A stretch of 64,000 nucleotides of DNA, taken from positions 10,150 to 74,149 of the forward strand of contig LGEZ01000005.1 of assembly GCA_001508005.1 (NCBI GenBank), read 5' to 3'. This stretch comes from Clostridia bacterium 41_269 (GTDB taxonomy: Bacteria; Bacillota; DTU086). Made by a program: the position numbers and the translations under genes. Each line of letters starts with the position of its first letter. Positions within the stretch are counted from its first letter, which is position 1. The notes under the pieces were generated by a model that searched no databases, was not told where the DNA came from, and saw only the letters and a list, made by a program, of their open reading frames with translations. Of this stretch, positions 39,973 to 50,991 are shown piece by piece.

Positions 39973-40426
39973 TTTTTAGTCAACAGGGCCGTATCGGAAA
40001 CGCTCAAATTTCAACCTCATATTGTGCTGACAAGGCTGTTTTTTGTCTACCTTGCAAACTTCTTTTTTAATAATTAATACCAAAATATCACTTCTTTAAA
40101 GTCCACAAGGATAAAATGGGGAGAGCGTCTCCGTAACGGCCAAAAGAAAAATATAATTTTTTTAAACTTCCGCTTTCCTCGTCCACTGCACAGCACCTCC
40201 CCATTTTAAACTATTGATTTTTTCATTTTTTTATAGATTACTATAAATTTTTGAGAAGTAAATACAATTTTTTATCGGTTTTAATGAAAAATATAAACAA
40301 CACATAAACACATAAAATTTTTACTTATTTTAAAGCATAAAATATTAAAACATAAAATAGAGGAATTTTTAAACAAAAAAAAGAATAGTAATAAATCCTC
40401 TTAATTTGAAAAAGGAGGCGTAGAAT

Positions 40427-41254
40427 TTGTCAGGAATATTCTGGTTGTGGATACTTATAGCATTTCTCCTGCCTTTTATAAGACAGCGTCAGATCGAATA
40501 CGCCCGCTTAAAATTAATTAGAGAACTTGAGAAAAAGAGAAATTCAAGGGTTATTACCCTTATTCACCGGCAGGAAGCCGTTTCTTTTTTGGGTATCCCC
40601 ATTTCCCGGTATATAGACATTGAAGATTCTGAGCACGTTTTAAGAGCCATAAGGCTTACTCCCGATGACATGCCCATAGATATAGTCCTCCACACTCCCG
40701 GGGGACTGGTACTCGCGGCAGAACAGATTGCCCATGCGATACGCCGCCACCCTGCCGAAGTTACGGTATTTGTGCCCCACTATGCCATGTCTGGAGGCAC
40801 CCTTATAGCCCTGGCAGTAGACAAAATAGTTTTGGATGAAAACGCAGTAATGGGACCTGTAGATCCCCAGTTGGGAAATTATCCAGCTGCTTCGATTCTT
40901 AAAGTATTGGAGCAGAAGCCCATAAAGGAAATCGATGATGAGACATTGATTATGGCTGATATAGCCAAAAAAGCAATTTCTCAAGTAAAATCCCTGGTTC
41001 TAAACATCCTTAAGGAAAAAATGCCCGAAGAAAAGGCTGAGGAATTGGCATCAAAGCTCACAGAAGGGCATTGGACCCATGATTATCCACTAACCTGCCA
41101 GGAACTTGCCGAAATGGGTATAAATGTTTGCAATGAAATGCCTGAAGAGGTATATTCTTTAATGAGCTTGTATCCCCAAACACCTCAACGCAGACCTTCA
41201 GCAGAATATGTGCCTGTGCCCTATAAAAGTTTTAGACCCCACCAAGAAAAATAG
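40427..41254 (+). CDS. SDH-family (ClpP-fold) membrane serine protease
   Basis: 275 aa. N-terminal TM, LHTPGGLVLAAEQIA and HYAMSGGTLIALA catalytic blocks typical of the family. Confidence 0.8.
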   Translation: MSGIFWLWILIAFLLPFIRQRQIEYARLKLIRELEKKRNSRVITLIHRQEAVSFLGIPISRYIDIEDSEHVLRAIRLTPDDMPIDIVLHTPGGLVLAAEQIAHAIRRHPAEVTVFVPHYAMSGGTLIALAVDKIVLDENAVMGPVDPQLGNYPAASILKVLEQKPIKEIDDETLIMADIAKKAISQVKSLVLNILKEKMPEEKAEELASKLTEGHWTHDYPLTCQELAEMGINVCNEMPEEVYSLMSLYPQTPQRRPSAEYVPVPYKSFRPHQEK

Positions 41255-41270
41255 AATAAGAAAATAATGA

Positions 41271-41290
41271 GCCCGGCTTTTCTGCCGGGC
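41271..41290. terminator. bidirectional terminator between convergent genes
   Basis: GCCCGGC-UUUUCU-GCCGGGC, flanked by U/A-rich runs on both strands. Confidence 0.6.
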
Positions 41291-41292
41291 TT

Positions 41293-42234
41293 CTAATCTA
41301 TATTTTTTAGGAATTTTTGAGGGTCCTCAGGTTCTCCATCTACATGTATCTCCAGGTGCACGTGGGAACCGGTGGTCCTACCTGTACTTCCTACACAGCT
41401 TATGGGCGTATTTATAGTTACATAATCCCCTTCTTTTACCAGGTTTTTGGAATTATGGGCATATAGGCTCTTCATATTATTATCATGTTTTATAATAACT
41501 GTCCTGCCGTAAACACTGCTCAGCCACCCAGAAAAGATAACCCTTCCCTCCATAACAGGATAAACTTTTGTACCTTCTTCTGCTGCAATATCCAAACCGT
41601 GGTGGAACTCACCACTCCTGGGCCCGAATCTAGACGTAATGGGCCCCTCTACAGGCCAATTCAAATCCAGCTCTCTGTATGACAGCACCATACTCCTTGA
41701 AACAGCTTCCACTGTCTTTTCTTCAGGAATTCTTATACGCATTCCCACTTTAAGCCTCTTGGCGTTCTTAATATTATTTGCAGAAGCAAGGCTGCTGGGG
41801 TCCACGCCATAAAGATGGGCAATTTTCCACAAACTATCTCCTTTCTGAACTATGTGAACTTTTCCTTCTTCCACAGGAATTCTCAGTATCTGACCAATTT
41901 GCAGATATTTTCCATCTTTTATTCCATTGACTTCAGCAATCTGCTTCCAGTCTGAACTAAAAATGCGCGAAATTTTCCATAGGCTGTCTCCGGCTTTTAC
42001 CCTATACTCTTCAAACTTCAAACCGTCTGTATTATTATAAGATCCATTCTTTTCATGATGAACAGCGGGTATGGTTTCCAGAATGTCCGAAAAAATAAGC
42101 GCCCCTGCAGGAATATTACTCAATATTAGGGAAAAGCTGACAGCCACAGCTGCTGTAAAAAACAGAAGTTTTCTTTTAATCATATTCCTCACCTCAGCAG
42201 GAAAAAAAAAGCAAATGGCATATTTTGTCTCCAA
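41293..42234 (-). CDS. LysM-LysM-M23 peptidoglycan endopeptidase
   Basis: Two LysM repeats (GDSLWKIS..., GDSLWKIA...) and an M23 domain (HHGLDIA..., HVHLEIH). The true start is likely at 42183. Confidence 0.85.
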   Translation of the reverse strand: METKYAICFFFPAEVRNMIKRKLLFFTAAVAVSFSLILSNIPAGALIFSDILETIPAVHHEKNGSYNNTDGLKFEEYRVKAGDSLWKISRIFSSDWKQIAEVNGIKDGKYLQIGQILRIPVEEGKVHIVQKGDSLWKIAHLYGVDPSSLASANNIKNAKRLKVGMRIRIPEEKTVEAVSRSMVLSYRELDLNWPVEGPITSRFGPRSGEFHHGLDIAAEEGTKVYPVMEGRVIFSGWLSSVYGRTVIIKHDNNMKSLYAHNSKNLVKEGDYVTINTPISCVGSTGRTTGSHVHLEIHVDGEPEDPQKFLKNID

Positions 42235-42348
42235 AAATACGTCAGCATTAATTATGACCCAAAAGGGTAAAAATTATACCTTTCTTCCTGTGAAGTGAGG
42301 AAATTTCTAATTTCCAATTCTTAAGGAAACAAAAGGCGTGCTTTTTGA

Positions 42349-43569
42349 CTAGTCAAAAAGTTGAGGAGGGGCTCGAAGCAGGTCTTTATTGGTTTTTGTC
42401 TTTTTCATAGCATCTATAAGCATTTCTGTAACTTCCACTACCCCAAGGGAATGGGTTACCCTGCGGAAGTTCCAAACCAGCTCAAGCTCCTCTTTGCTTA
42501 AAAGACTTTCCTCCCGTCTCGTACCAGATCTCTTAACATCAATTGCGGGGAAAATCCTCCTCTCAGCCAGTTTGCGATCAAGAATAAGCTCCATGTTTCC
42601 TGTTCCCTTGAATTCTTCAAAAATAACCTCATCCATTCGGCTCCCTGTTTCAATTAAAGCAGTAGCAAGAATGGTAAGGCTTCCTCCTTCTTCAATGTTC
42701 CTTGCTGCTCCAAAAAAGCGCTTCGGTTTATGCAGAGCAGTGGGATCCACACCCCCGGAAAGGGTTCTTCCACTGGGTGGAACAATAAGGTTATGAGCCC
42801 TTGCCAATCTCGTTAAGCTGTCCAAAAGGATAACAACATCTTTTTTATGCTCCACTAACCTTTTTGCCCTTTCCAGCACCATGTCCGCTACTTTGGCATG
42901 ATTTTCAGGGGGTTCATCAAAGGTAGAAGCCACCACTTCTCCCTTCACAGAACGCTGCATGTCCGTTACCTCTTCTGGCCTTTCATCAATTAAAAGAACT
43001 ATAAGTTCAATATCAGGATAATTTTCAGTAATACTGTTGGCTATTTTTTTGAGAAGCACTGTTTTTCCCGCTTTTGGAGGTGCCACAATAAGTCCCCTTT
43101 GTCCTTTCCCCAAAGGTGCAATTAGATCAATAATTCTAGTGGAAATATCAGAATCTTTGGTTTCTAAATTTATCCGCTCATTGGGGAAAATAGGAGTAAG
43201 TGCATCGAAATGAACCCGCTGCGTAAGCTGTTCCGGATCATATCCGTTTACAGATTCAACCCTTAGAAGAGCAAAAAACTTTTCTGAATCCTTTGGAGGC
43301 CTAGCCTGGCCGGCTATAAGGTCTCCGGTTCTCAAATCAAATCTTCTTATCTGAGAGGGAGAAATATAGATATCATCTTCACTGGGAAGGTATCCGAAAG
43401 GACGCAGAAAGCCATACCCATCGGGCAGGATTTCCAATATCCCCTGAGCAAAAATATATCCGTCTTTTTCAGTTTGGGCCTTCATTATCTCAAAGATTAA
43501 TTCCTTCTTTCTGAGGCGAGGATAGCCCTGCAGTTCCAATTCTCTGGCAATCTGATAAAGTTCTACCAT
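42349..43569 (-). CDS. rho: transcription termination factor Rho
   Basis: Walker A GKTVLLK. N-terminus [16 protein letters not shown]...[12 protein letters not shown]. The ORF-track start at 43737 is an over-extension. Confidence 0.95.
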   Translation of the reverse strand: MVELYQIARELELQGYPRLRKKELIFEIMKAQTEKDGYIFAQGILEILPDGYGFLRPFGYLPSEDDIYISPSQIRRFDLRTGDLIAGQARPPKDSEKFFALLRVESVNGYDPEQLTQRVHFDALTPIFPNERINLETKDSDISTRIIDLIAPLGKGQRGLIVAPPKAGKTVLLKKIANSITENYPDIELIVLLIDERPEEVTDMQRSVKGEVVASTFDEPPENHAKVADMVLERAKRLVEHKKDVVILLDSLTRLARAHNLIVPPSGRTLSGGVDPTALHKPKRFFGAARNIEEGGSLTILATALIETGSRMDEVIFEEFKGTGNMELILDRKLAERRIFPAIDVKRSGTRREESLLSKEELELVWNFRRVTHSLGVVEVTEMLIDAMKKTKTNKDLLRAPPQLFD

Positions 43570-43806
43570 TGTTTTGCTTTCCAGATCGCCTATATTTAAA
43601 TTCAAGCTAAGCTGACCTCCTTTAACAAAAAGTAAATTTGACAATAAAGGTGCAGTAAGACTTAATGGAAATAAAAATAATGAAGTAAAAAAGCAGGAAA
43701 GGAGGGAAATAAAAGTTATAAAAAGAGCCGGCTTCAAAGATAAGGATAACCAAAAGAAGGAAAATTTAAAACCTCCACATTAAAAGTTATGCTGATGTTC
43801 CCAAAC

Positions 43807-44464
43807 TTATTTGTTTTTAACTTTTTCCCAATCAGCAAGGAATCTTTTAATCCCTATTTCCGTAAGGGGATGATATACCATCTTCTTCAGAACACCAAAG
43901 GGAACGGTAGCAATATGGGCACCTACTTTGGCTGCTTCACTTACATGCATGGGATGTCTGATGCTTGCAGCAATAATTTTCGTTTCAATATCATGCAGGT
44001 CAAAGATCTCAACGGTATCCGCTACAACGTCCATACCCACTTGACCCACATCATCAATTCTTCCCAGAAAAGGGCTTACAAAAGTTGCCCCTGCCCTTGC
44101 AGCCAACAGAGCTTGATTAGCAGAAAAAATCAACGTCACATTGGTCTTAATATCCTTTTTGCTCAAAACCTTAACAGCTTTAAGCCCTTCTTCAGTCATG
44201 GGTATTTTAATAACCACATTGGGATGAATCCCCGCCAGCTCCTCCGCTTCTTTAACCATTTCTTCAGCCCTTAAGCTGATCACCTCGGCACTTATGGGAC
44301 CGTCAACAATCTCACATATTTCTTTAACCACTTCAAAAAAATTTCTGCCTTCTTTGGCAATTAAAGTTGGATTTGTGGTCACACCAGAAATCACACCCCA
44401 CTGGGCAGCTTCGCGAATTTCATCCACATTTGCAGTATCTAAAAACAGCTTCACTTTTGTTAAC
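43807..44464 (-). CDS. tal: transaldolase / fructose-6-phosphate aldolase family (Tal)
   Basis: GTG start after [23 protein letters not shown]...[13 protein letters not shown] signature. Confidence 0.9.
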
Positions 44465-44521
44465 CTCCCTATTAAATAATCCAATATACCTAAAAATATA
44501 AAAAAAGAGATATGCTTCAGC

Positions 44522-45391
44522 TTAAACAGTACCAGCACAGCCAAGGTAATTTATTTTTTCCTCTACAGCCTCTTTCACTTTTTCCCTGGCCGGACCCAGG
44601 ATTTTCCTTGGGTCAATTTCCTCAGGATGTTTTTGAAGGGCTTCCCTTATTCCCTCAACAAAGGCTTCCCTTAAATCAGTATCTATGTTTACTTTTCGCA
44701 CTCCCAAAGATACAGCCTTTTTAATATCCTCACCGGGCAAACCTGAGGAACCGTGCAGCACAAGAGGAATGCCCACTTTTCTATTAATTTCTGCTAAAAG
44801 CTCAAAATTAATATTGGGTACCCCCTTATATTTACCGTGGACTGTACCCACTGCCACTGCAAGAAAATCAACACCCGTTTTCTCTACAAAAATCGCTGCT
44901 TCATGGGGATCGGTAAAAAACTCTTTTTCATAACCAAGAGTCACATCATCCTCCGCGCCTCCGATTCTTCCCAACTCTCCTTCCACAGAAACCCCCACAG
45001 CCCTAGCAGCTTTAACAACCTCAGCAGTTTTGACCACATTTTCATCGAAAGGAAGCATGGAGCCGTCAAACATAACTGAAGTAAAGCCCAATCTAATGCA
45101 TTTTATCACCTGCTCAAAGCTGGTTCCGTGATCCAGATGAACAGCAATGGGTACCGATGCCATTTCCGCAGCCGTCTTGACCATAGCAGCAATATATTCC
45201 AGACCAGCATATTTTACTGCTCCTTGACTGGCTTGGACTATAACAGGAGCAGCCATTTCTTCCGCTGCACTTACAATAGCCTGAAGAATTTCCATATTGC
45301 TGCAGTTAAATGCTCCAACGGCATAGCCTCCTTTTTCTGCATCCATTAATAAATCCTTGGCATTTGCTAAAGGCATTTCTAGAACCTCCAC
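44522..45391 (-). CDS. fba: class II fructose-bisphosphate aldolase
   Basis: 289 aa. GYAVGAFN and HLDHG motifs. Confidence 0.95.
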   Translation of the reverse strand: MEVLEMPLANAKDLLMDAEKGGYAVGAFNCSNMEILQAIVSAAEEMAAPVIVQASQGAVKYAGLEYIAAMVKTAAEMASVPIAVHLDHGTSFEQVIKCIRLGFTSVMFDGSMLPFDENVVKTAEVVKAARAVGVSVEGELGRIGGAEDDVTLGYEKEFFTDPHEAAIFVEKTGVDFLAVAVGTVHGKYKGVPNINFELLAEINRKVGIPLVLHGSSGLPGEDIKKAVSLGVRKVNIDTDLREAFVEGIREALQKHPEEIDPRKILGPAREKVKEAVEEKINYLGCAGTV

Positions 45392-45463
45392 TGTTGATTT
45401 CTATTCTTATTTTGCCAAGGATTCATAAAAAACTGCATAAATTTTTAAGCTTAAAGTAATTTT

Positions 45464-46132
45464 TTACTTTTTAAACCTCTTTCTTGGTTTTGTTCTTTTA
45501 CCTTCCCGAAATTTGAAACCGATATCGGTAAGCTGAATTTCCGACAGATTATAAATTTTTTCTAAATCCATTTCGTCTTGTGCCATTATTACCCCTGAAC
45601 TGCTACAACAGCCGCATTTAAGTTCCAGCCTATCGGGAAAGATTTCAATTTCTATGTTTAAATTACCGCAGCGGCAGAAGAGCCTACCTTCCTCTGCAAG
45701 GAAATTAAGATGGTCCAGTACGCCATACATAACATCTGGGTTAACAAAATAATCACTAAAACCAAGATTTTCCGCGATTTCTGCAAGGGAATTTTCTCCA
45801 GTTTCCATTGCCTGCTTAATTATTTCTTCATCCCCAATATAAGCTATATCGAGGCCCGTTTCTTCGCAAACTAAGGGTAGAAATTCCGCTTCCCATAGCT
45901 GTTTGCGGTTATAATAAAAGATATGCCTGCCCATGCAGTAGCCGCACTCCAGTTGAAGCCAATATTTTTTACGGTCCTTGGTCCCAATTACTGCTATGTC
46001 AGCACCGCACTCACATTTAAACTTCAACGACTTGGATCCAGAAAAAGAAAAAATAGAAATATCGTAACAGCCAATTTCTCCGCAGTAGGGGCAGCGCAGT
46101 ACCATTTTAGTCAAAGTTGTAACTGTAGACAT
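45464..46132 (-). CDS. Cys-rich zinc-ribbon protein (YwjG-position hypothetical)
   Basis: 222 aa with multiple CxxC pairs (CPYCGE, CECGAD, CGYCMG, CRCGN, CGCCSS). Holds the Bacillus synteny slot between fba and spo0F. Confidence 0.5.
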   Translation of the reverse strand: MSTVTTLTKMVLRCPYCGEIGCYDISIFSFSGSKSLKFKCECGADIAVIGTKDRKKYWLQLECGYCMGRHIFYYNRKQLWEAEFLPLVCEETGLDIAYIGDEEIIKQAMETGENSLAEIAENLGFSDYFVNPDVMYGVLDHLNFLAEEGRLFCRCGNLNIEIEIFPDRLELKCGCCSSSGVIMAQDEMDLEKIYNLSEIQLTDIGFKFREGKRTKPRKRFKK

Positions 46133-46243
46133 ACCCCGTCCTCCCTTCAGAGGTAATTCGTTAAGTTAGGGGAAATTCCTTCTTAATATACTACAGTAAA
46201 AATTAATTTATCACAAACAAGCTCCTGAAACAATAATTTTAAC

Positions 46244-46278
46244 ATCAAAAATAAAAAACCGCTCCCACTATAGGAGCT
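46244..46278 (-). terminator. rho-independent terminator downstream of spo0F
   Basis: Minus RNA GCUCCUAUAGUGGGAGC followed by GGUUUUUUAUUUUU. Confidence 0.55.
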
Positions 46279-46295
46279 TATAAGTGCTTAGGGGC

Positions 46296-46721
46296 TTAAA
46301 CATTGAAAGATCCTGTTCCATCAAAACTGTTTCGGCAAACATTTCGGATCAGCTGTAAAAGGTCATCAATATCAAAAGGTTTGTTGATGTGATATTCCAC
46401 CCCGAGCTTAATAGCTTCATCAACAATTTCCAGTTCGCCGTATGCAGTCATTAGGATGAAGATACCCTTATAACCCCTTCCTTTGAGCTCCTTTACAACA
46501 TCAAGTCCGCTGATTCCGGGCATTTTCATGTCAATTATAATAATATTGGGATCACATTTCTCTTCCACAGAATTCAGTGCTTCCATGCCGTTGGATGCGA
46601 GGCGCACATCAAACCCTTCAGCAGTAAGTAATTCGGAAAGGAGCTGGCGAATACCTTCCTGATCATCAACAACCAAAATGGAAATGCTACTTCGCATCTG
46701 CTCCCCTCTCAAATTTCTCAC
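46296..46721 (-). CDS. spo0F: sporulation initiation phosphotransferase F (single-domain response regulator)
   Basis: ILVVDDQEGIRQLL...IIDMKMPGISGLDV...LMTAYGE closely parallels B. subtilis Spo0F. The true start is probably at 46697. Confidence 0.85.
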   Translation of the reverse strand: MRNLRGEQMRSSISILVVDDQEGIRQLLSELLTAEGFDVRLASNGMEALNSVEEKCDPNIIIIDMKMPGISGLDVVKELKGRGYKGIFILMTAYGELEIVDEAIKLGVEYHINKPFDIDDLLQLIRNVCRNSFDGTGSFNV

Positions 46722-46852
46722 CTCACTTTATAGTAAAATTCTAACATTTATGCGTGTTTTTCTTCGTTCGCTAATGCTATAACATTTTCCTTCCTTTTTT
46801 GGTTTTTTTAAATGTACACAAATATTAATCAAAAAAGAAACGGTAAAAGAAG

Positions 46853-47590
46853 CTATAAAATTGGGAATAAAGTATTAGGAAGGCTGCGCAGAAGAGGAGC
46901 AATGGTAAAAAGAAAGGTTCCCAACAGAAGCAGAACAGCACAAAACACTGCCGCTAAGGGTAATATGCACACCAGAACTGCCCTGCTTAAAGAAAGTTCT
47001 TGAACTTCACTCACAGCAATAACCTGAAGAACTACACTCCAAATACCCCCAAGAAGCTGAAAAAACTGTGCTACATAGCCTTGGAGACCAAAAAAATAGG
47101 CTCCAGCAGCAAAAATCCCGGTTACGGCTAGGGGTATTTCTGCAAATGCAAAAGCAGCAAAAAGACCGATGCCGTTTCCGTTTCCGCCAAAAAACTGAGA
47201 TATTAAATTAATCACTGCTGTATTTAAAAACCAAGCAGCAAAAACAAAAATCATACCTAAAACCAAAAAGCCAAGGGAAAAAGACGGCATCCTTTCCAAA
47301 GGGTGAAACTCTTGGTAAACTCCCCACATGCTGATGATAAAATTAAACAGAAAAATGCATATAAACAGACCCACAGACCAAAACATTGGCTTTTTCATCC
47401 CAATAAACTTAAAAGCCGAACGGGGAGTAAAAATTACCCCATAAATAGTTTCCAAAAAATCCATATTATTTTCCTTCCCTTTGGATGTGAAAACCTCTTC
47501 AACTTCAGGAGACAGCTTTTCCTCGTTCTCCATTTTTGTACTGCCGTTTTCCCCTGGGTTAATTTCATTTCCTTTATCTCTAAAGTTCAT
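46853..47590 (-). CDS. Yip1-domain membrane protein
   Basis: 245 aa. Hydrophilic N-terminal third, then 5 TM helices. Confidence 0.55.
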   Translation of the reverse strand: MNFRDKGNEINPGENGSTKMENEEKLSPEVEEVFTSKGKENNMDFLETIYGVIFTPRSAFKFIGMKKPMFWSVGLFICIFLFNFIISMWGVYQEFHPLERMPSFSLGFLVLGMIFVFAAWFLNTAVINLISQFFGGNGNGIGLFAAFAFAEIPLAVTGIFAAGAYFFGLQGYVAQFFQLLGGIWSVVLQVIAVSEVQELSLSRAVLVCILPLAAVFCAVLLLLGTFLFTIAPLLRSLPNTLFPIL

Positions 47591-47622
47591 TTAAAAAGGC
47601 ACACCCCCGCAATGTAATGCAT

Positions 47623-48576
47623 TTACTGCAGTTCTTCCGGCAGAAGAAGCATAACAGGACCCAAAGTTTTTTGAATCAAAAGCCACTGAAACCGCTCTAC
47701 CCCTAGTTTCCCAGAACTCTGAGAAAACCCTCCAAAAAATGCTTCCAAAAGTCCCGTTTTTCCATAAACTTTAATTACAGGTTCGCCTCTGATACCTGCC
47801 ATTTCCGCTGCTTCTCTAATGGCATCATAATAATTCCCCAGCTCATCAATCAACCCCAGTTTTAAAGCTTGGCTTCCCGTCCATATCCTTCCATTGGCAA
47901 GCTCTGCTGCCTTTTCCTTAGAAATTTTTCTACCTTCCGCCACCGCATCAATAAACTGTTTTAACATTTCATCAACCATTTCCTGAAGCATTTTTCTTTC
48001 TTCAGCACCCAATTCCCTTGTGGGAGAACCCATGTCTTTATAAGGTCCGCTTTTTATCACCTCTGATTCAATGCCCAGTTTTTCATACAAGCGCTCCAGG
48101 TTTTGATAGTCCATTCTTACTCCTATACTTCCTGTAATAGTCCCAGGATTGGCAAATATTTTATGGGCTTTGGCAGCAATCCAATATGCCCCTGAAGTAC
48201 CCGTATCCCCCATGGAAGCAACCACTATCTTACCTTTTTCCTTCAACTTTTCAATTTCCCGTGCAATTTCTTGAGTAGCAGGTACAGTTCCGCCGGGGCT
48301 GTCAATCCTCAGCACCACAGCTTTTACAGTGGGATCCTCAGCTGCTTCCCTTATATGCTTCATTACTGCTTCCGAAGAAGCAATCCCTCCTAAAAAGCTG
48401 TCCACTGCACCTCCTGCTATAATCCCCTCTATATAAATAACACCCAATTTTTCACCGCTGTCTGCTGTTCCAGCACCCCTGCCTTTATCACCAAAAAAAA
48501 TAAAGCTCAATGCCGCAAAAGCGGCTAAAAAAACAAGAATTCCAGCTATTATTTTCTGCCGGGTCACCCATTTCAC
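47623..48576 (-). CDS. sppA: signal peptide peptidase SppA (36K type)
   Basis: 317 aa. N-terminal TM and a ClpP-fold peptidase domain with an S/K dyad region. Confidence 0.88.
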   Translation of the reverse strand: MKWVTRQKIIAGILVFLAAFAALSFIFFGDKGRGAGTADSGEKLGVIYIEGIIAGGAVDSFLGGIASSEAVMKHIREAAEDPTVKAVVLRIDSPGGTVPATQEIAREIEKLKEKGKIVVASMGDTGTSGAYWIAAKAHKIFANPGTITGSIGVRMDYQNLERLYEKLGIESEVIKSGPYKDMGSPTRELGAEERKMLQEMVDEMLKQFIDAVAEGRKISKEKAAELANGRIWTGSQALKLGLIDELGNYYDAIREAAEMAGIRGEPVIKVYGKTGLLEAFFGGFSQSSGKLGVERFQWLLIQKTLGPVMLLLPEELQ

Positions 48577-48585
48577 CCCTTCTAT

Positions 48586-49785
48586 TTAAGAATACTCACC
48601 CTGACGCTGTATACAGCTCCTTTTGCCCCAGGGAACCCTAATACCTATCACTCTTTTTTCTGAAATATATACCCTGGGAAGTCTGCTGCTGGAATTGGTC
48701 CGCCTTATAAAAACAGAAACGATGCTTCCCACATCAGCATTTTCATCAGGCAGCTCCACTGCCGTAAACTGCATACCTATTCTCCCTAAAACCCTAAGGG
48801 GCAAGTCCGCCAATTTTACCAAAGGCATACCTGCCCTTATGCCAAAATATGCGAAAATTTTTTTAATGATCATTTTTAAAAGATCCAAAAAATTTTTAGG
48901 ATTCATTTCCGGCGCCGTTCCAAAACTATCAGCATAACCTACAGGTATTATACCAATACGCACTGCTTTCTTTACTGTAAAATCCCCTCCGTACCCAATC
49001 TTTTCTCCAGGGAAAACTTTTTTTACGTGTATAATCTTTGCTTTTACTTTCCAGGGATCTTTCAGGGGAATTATCTTTTCATATCCAAAGGGGTACTGTC
49101 CATATATTAGAGTGCCCACCCTCACCATATCCATGTGCATATGGGGCATGTCTAAAAGAGCTGCGCTGCTGCAGACATGTTTTATGGGAATAGAATACCC
49201 TTTGTCTTCCAAAGAAGAAACAACCTCCATAAAAGTTTTAAACTGTTTTTCAACAAAGTTTCTGTTTTTTCTAGGGGTGACAGCAAAATGAGTATAAATA
49301 CCCTCCACTTCAATAAAGGGGTTCCCATAAACCCTGCTGACAAACTCCACAGCCTCCTTGGGCTCCATTCCCAAACGGTTCATACCCGTATTAACCTTTA
49401 TATGTACCTTCAAAGAATGCTCAAGATTTTCCTTCAGAAGGGTTTCTGCAGCAGCATAACTCCCAACAGTAGCTGTAAAATTATAATTAATAAAAACATC
49501 CTTCTCTTCAGGCATAAACGGGGTAAAAACAAGTATAGGAGCTTCAACTTCCATTTCTCGAAGCTCCAAACCCTCGTCAATGGTTGTGACCCCAAGCATA
49601 TCAGCTCCAGCTTCCAGAGCAGCTTTTGAAACCTCAACAGCACCAAAGCCGTAGCCATCAGCTTTCACCACAGCCATTAATTTTGTTTCCGGAGACAGGA
49701 GCTTTTTAATCTGTGCCACATTAAATTTAACAGCATCAAGATCTATTTCCACCCATCTGGGACCAATAAAGGATGGTAATGCCAT
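48586..49785 (-). CDS. alr: alanine racemase
   Basis: ATG at 49785 after AAAGGGGAAAAGG. MALPSF...AVVKADGYGFG with the PLP-binding lysine. The ORF-track start at 49902 is an over-extension. Confidence 0.9.
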   Translation of the reverse strand: MALPSFIGPRWVEIDLDAVKFNVAQIKKLLSPETKLMAVVKADGYGFGAVEVSKAALEAGADMLGVTTIDEGLELREMEVEAPILVFTPFMPEEKDVFINYNFTATVGSYAAAETLLKENLEHSLKVHIKVNTGMNRLGMEPKEAVEFVSRVYGNPFIEVEGIYTHFAVTPRKNRNFVEKQFKTFMEVVSSLEDKGYSIPIKHVCSSAALLDMPHMHMDMVRVGTLIYGQYPFGYEKIIPLKDPWKVKAKIIHVKKVFPGEKIGYGGDFTVKKAVRIGIIPVGYADSFGTAPEMNPKNFLDLLKMIIKKIFAYFGIRAGMPLVKLADLPLRVLGRIGMQFTAVELPDENADVGSIVSVFIRRTNSSSRLPRVYISEKRVIGIRVPWGKRSCIQRQGEYS

Positions 49786-49807
49786 ATCCTTTTCCCCTTT
49801 ATACATT

Positions 49808-50908
49808 TTAAGCACCACCGGTGTTTTTAGTTTTTTTGTAAAATCTGATGAGTTTTTTAACAGGCCCTGAATAGAAGGCTTCCATTGCCGTATAGGTTCC
49901 ATAAATCACATGAGAATAGGGCAGATCAAATTCACCAATAAACTCCACATAATCTCCATTGAAGCCTTTCTTAAAACGGTAAAGTCCATAAAGGGGGTTG
50001 TCCGGCGTTAATCTTCCAGGAACTCCCCTGAAATCATATATTCTACAGCCGTTTTCCTTAGCCCACTCAATCATTCTCCACTGCAGCAGATAATTGGGCA
50101 TAACATTGCGGTGTTCATTACTGGAAGCACCATATATGTACCACGTTTTATCTCCAAAAATAAAAGCTATTGTACCGGCAATAACTTTCCCTTTATATTC
50201 TGCCAAAAAAAGCTTTGCCAAATTTTTTTCCACCAAACAGTCCCAGAGGGTTTCAAAATAATCATAGGATCTTATTAAAAAATTATCCCTCTTTGCCGTT
50301 ACGGTCAGTATATCATAAAACACCCGCAGATCTTCCTTGGTGCAGTTTTCCTTTATTTTTACACCCTTTCTCCTGGCCAACCTGATATTATAGCGGGTTT
50401 TGCTGTGCAGATTGGCAAAAAGATCATCTAAACTCGGCGTAATATCAAGGCGGAATACATATCTTGGCTGGATTCCCTCAAAATCACTTTTATCCTGATG
50501 TCTAAAACCCCTGCTCACCAAATAATCCACGATTTCTTTATTTGATGATGGTATATCGGGATCAATTTTGAGCATAAAAGCCCGCCGCCTCTGGGCAAGC
50601 TTTTTTATTTCTGCCAAAAGAAAATCAAACAGCTCTTTATCTTCGTAATCAAGTACAGGGCCCCTGGGAGCATAAAAAATTTTTCTTTTCAGGAAAGGAA
50701 CAGTTCTCTCCAGAATAGAAACGGCAGCTATAATTTTTCCTTCTTTTTCAATCACAAGGCGCAGAGGAACCCATCCAGTCCGAGCCTTTACCTCTCCCCA
50801 TTCAAAAGATTGAAAAATGTGGCCCTTTTTTGAACTGGCAACAAAATTATTAAACTTTTCCCTGTCCCGTTCATCGATAAGATATGCTTTGTATGCCAAG
50901 AAAAACAC
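49808..50908 (-). CDS. FemAB-family peptidoglycan interpeptide-bridge aminoacyltransferase
   Basis: 366 aa. FemAB/GNAT-fold family sequence (GHIFQSFEWGEVK...). Confidence 0.8.
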   Translation of the reverse strand: MFFLAYKAYLIDERDREKFNNFVASSKKGHIFQSFEWGEVKARTGWVPLRLVIEKEGKIIAAVSILERTVPFLKRKIFYAPRGPVLDYEDKELFDFLLAEIKKLAQRRRAFMLKIDPDIPSSNKEIVDYLVSRGFRHQDKSDFEGIQPRYVFRLDITPSLDDLFANLHSKTRYNIRLARRKGVKIKENCTKEDLRVFYDILTVTAKRDNFLIRSYDYFETLWDCLVEKNLAKLFLAEYKGKVIAGTIAFIFGDKTWYIYGASSNEHRNVMPNYLLQWRMIEWAKENGCRIYDFRGVPGRLTPDNPLYGLYRFKKGFNGDYVEFIGEFDLPYSHVIYGTYTAMEAFYSGPVKKLIRFYKKTKNTGGA

Positions 50909-50991
50909 GCCCCTTCGATTTATTTTCTTCTAGAAAACTCTCCATAAATCGTACCTACTATCTATCATTCAATACCTTATTAAACAAGTCC

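Noticed and set aside
39973-40426. M-box (Mg2+) riboswitch in the corA leader
   Set aside because: The minus-strand leader shares only scattered short matches (AGGUG, GACGCU) with the M-box consensus. That is not enough to call it.
42349-43737. N-terminal 56-aa hydrophobic extension of Rho in the ORF track
   Set aside because: Rho homology begins at [16 protein letters not shown] (43569). The upstream in-frame stretch has no Rho similarity and is likely untranslated.
48586-49902. Apparent overlap of about 95 nt between alr and the FemAB gene
   Set aside because: The alanine racemase start is the internal ATG at 49785 (MALPSF, good RBS), so there is no real overlap.
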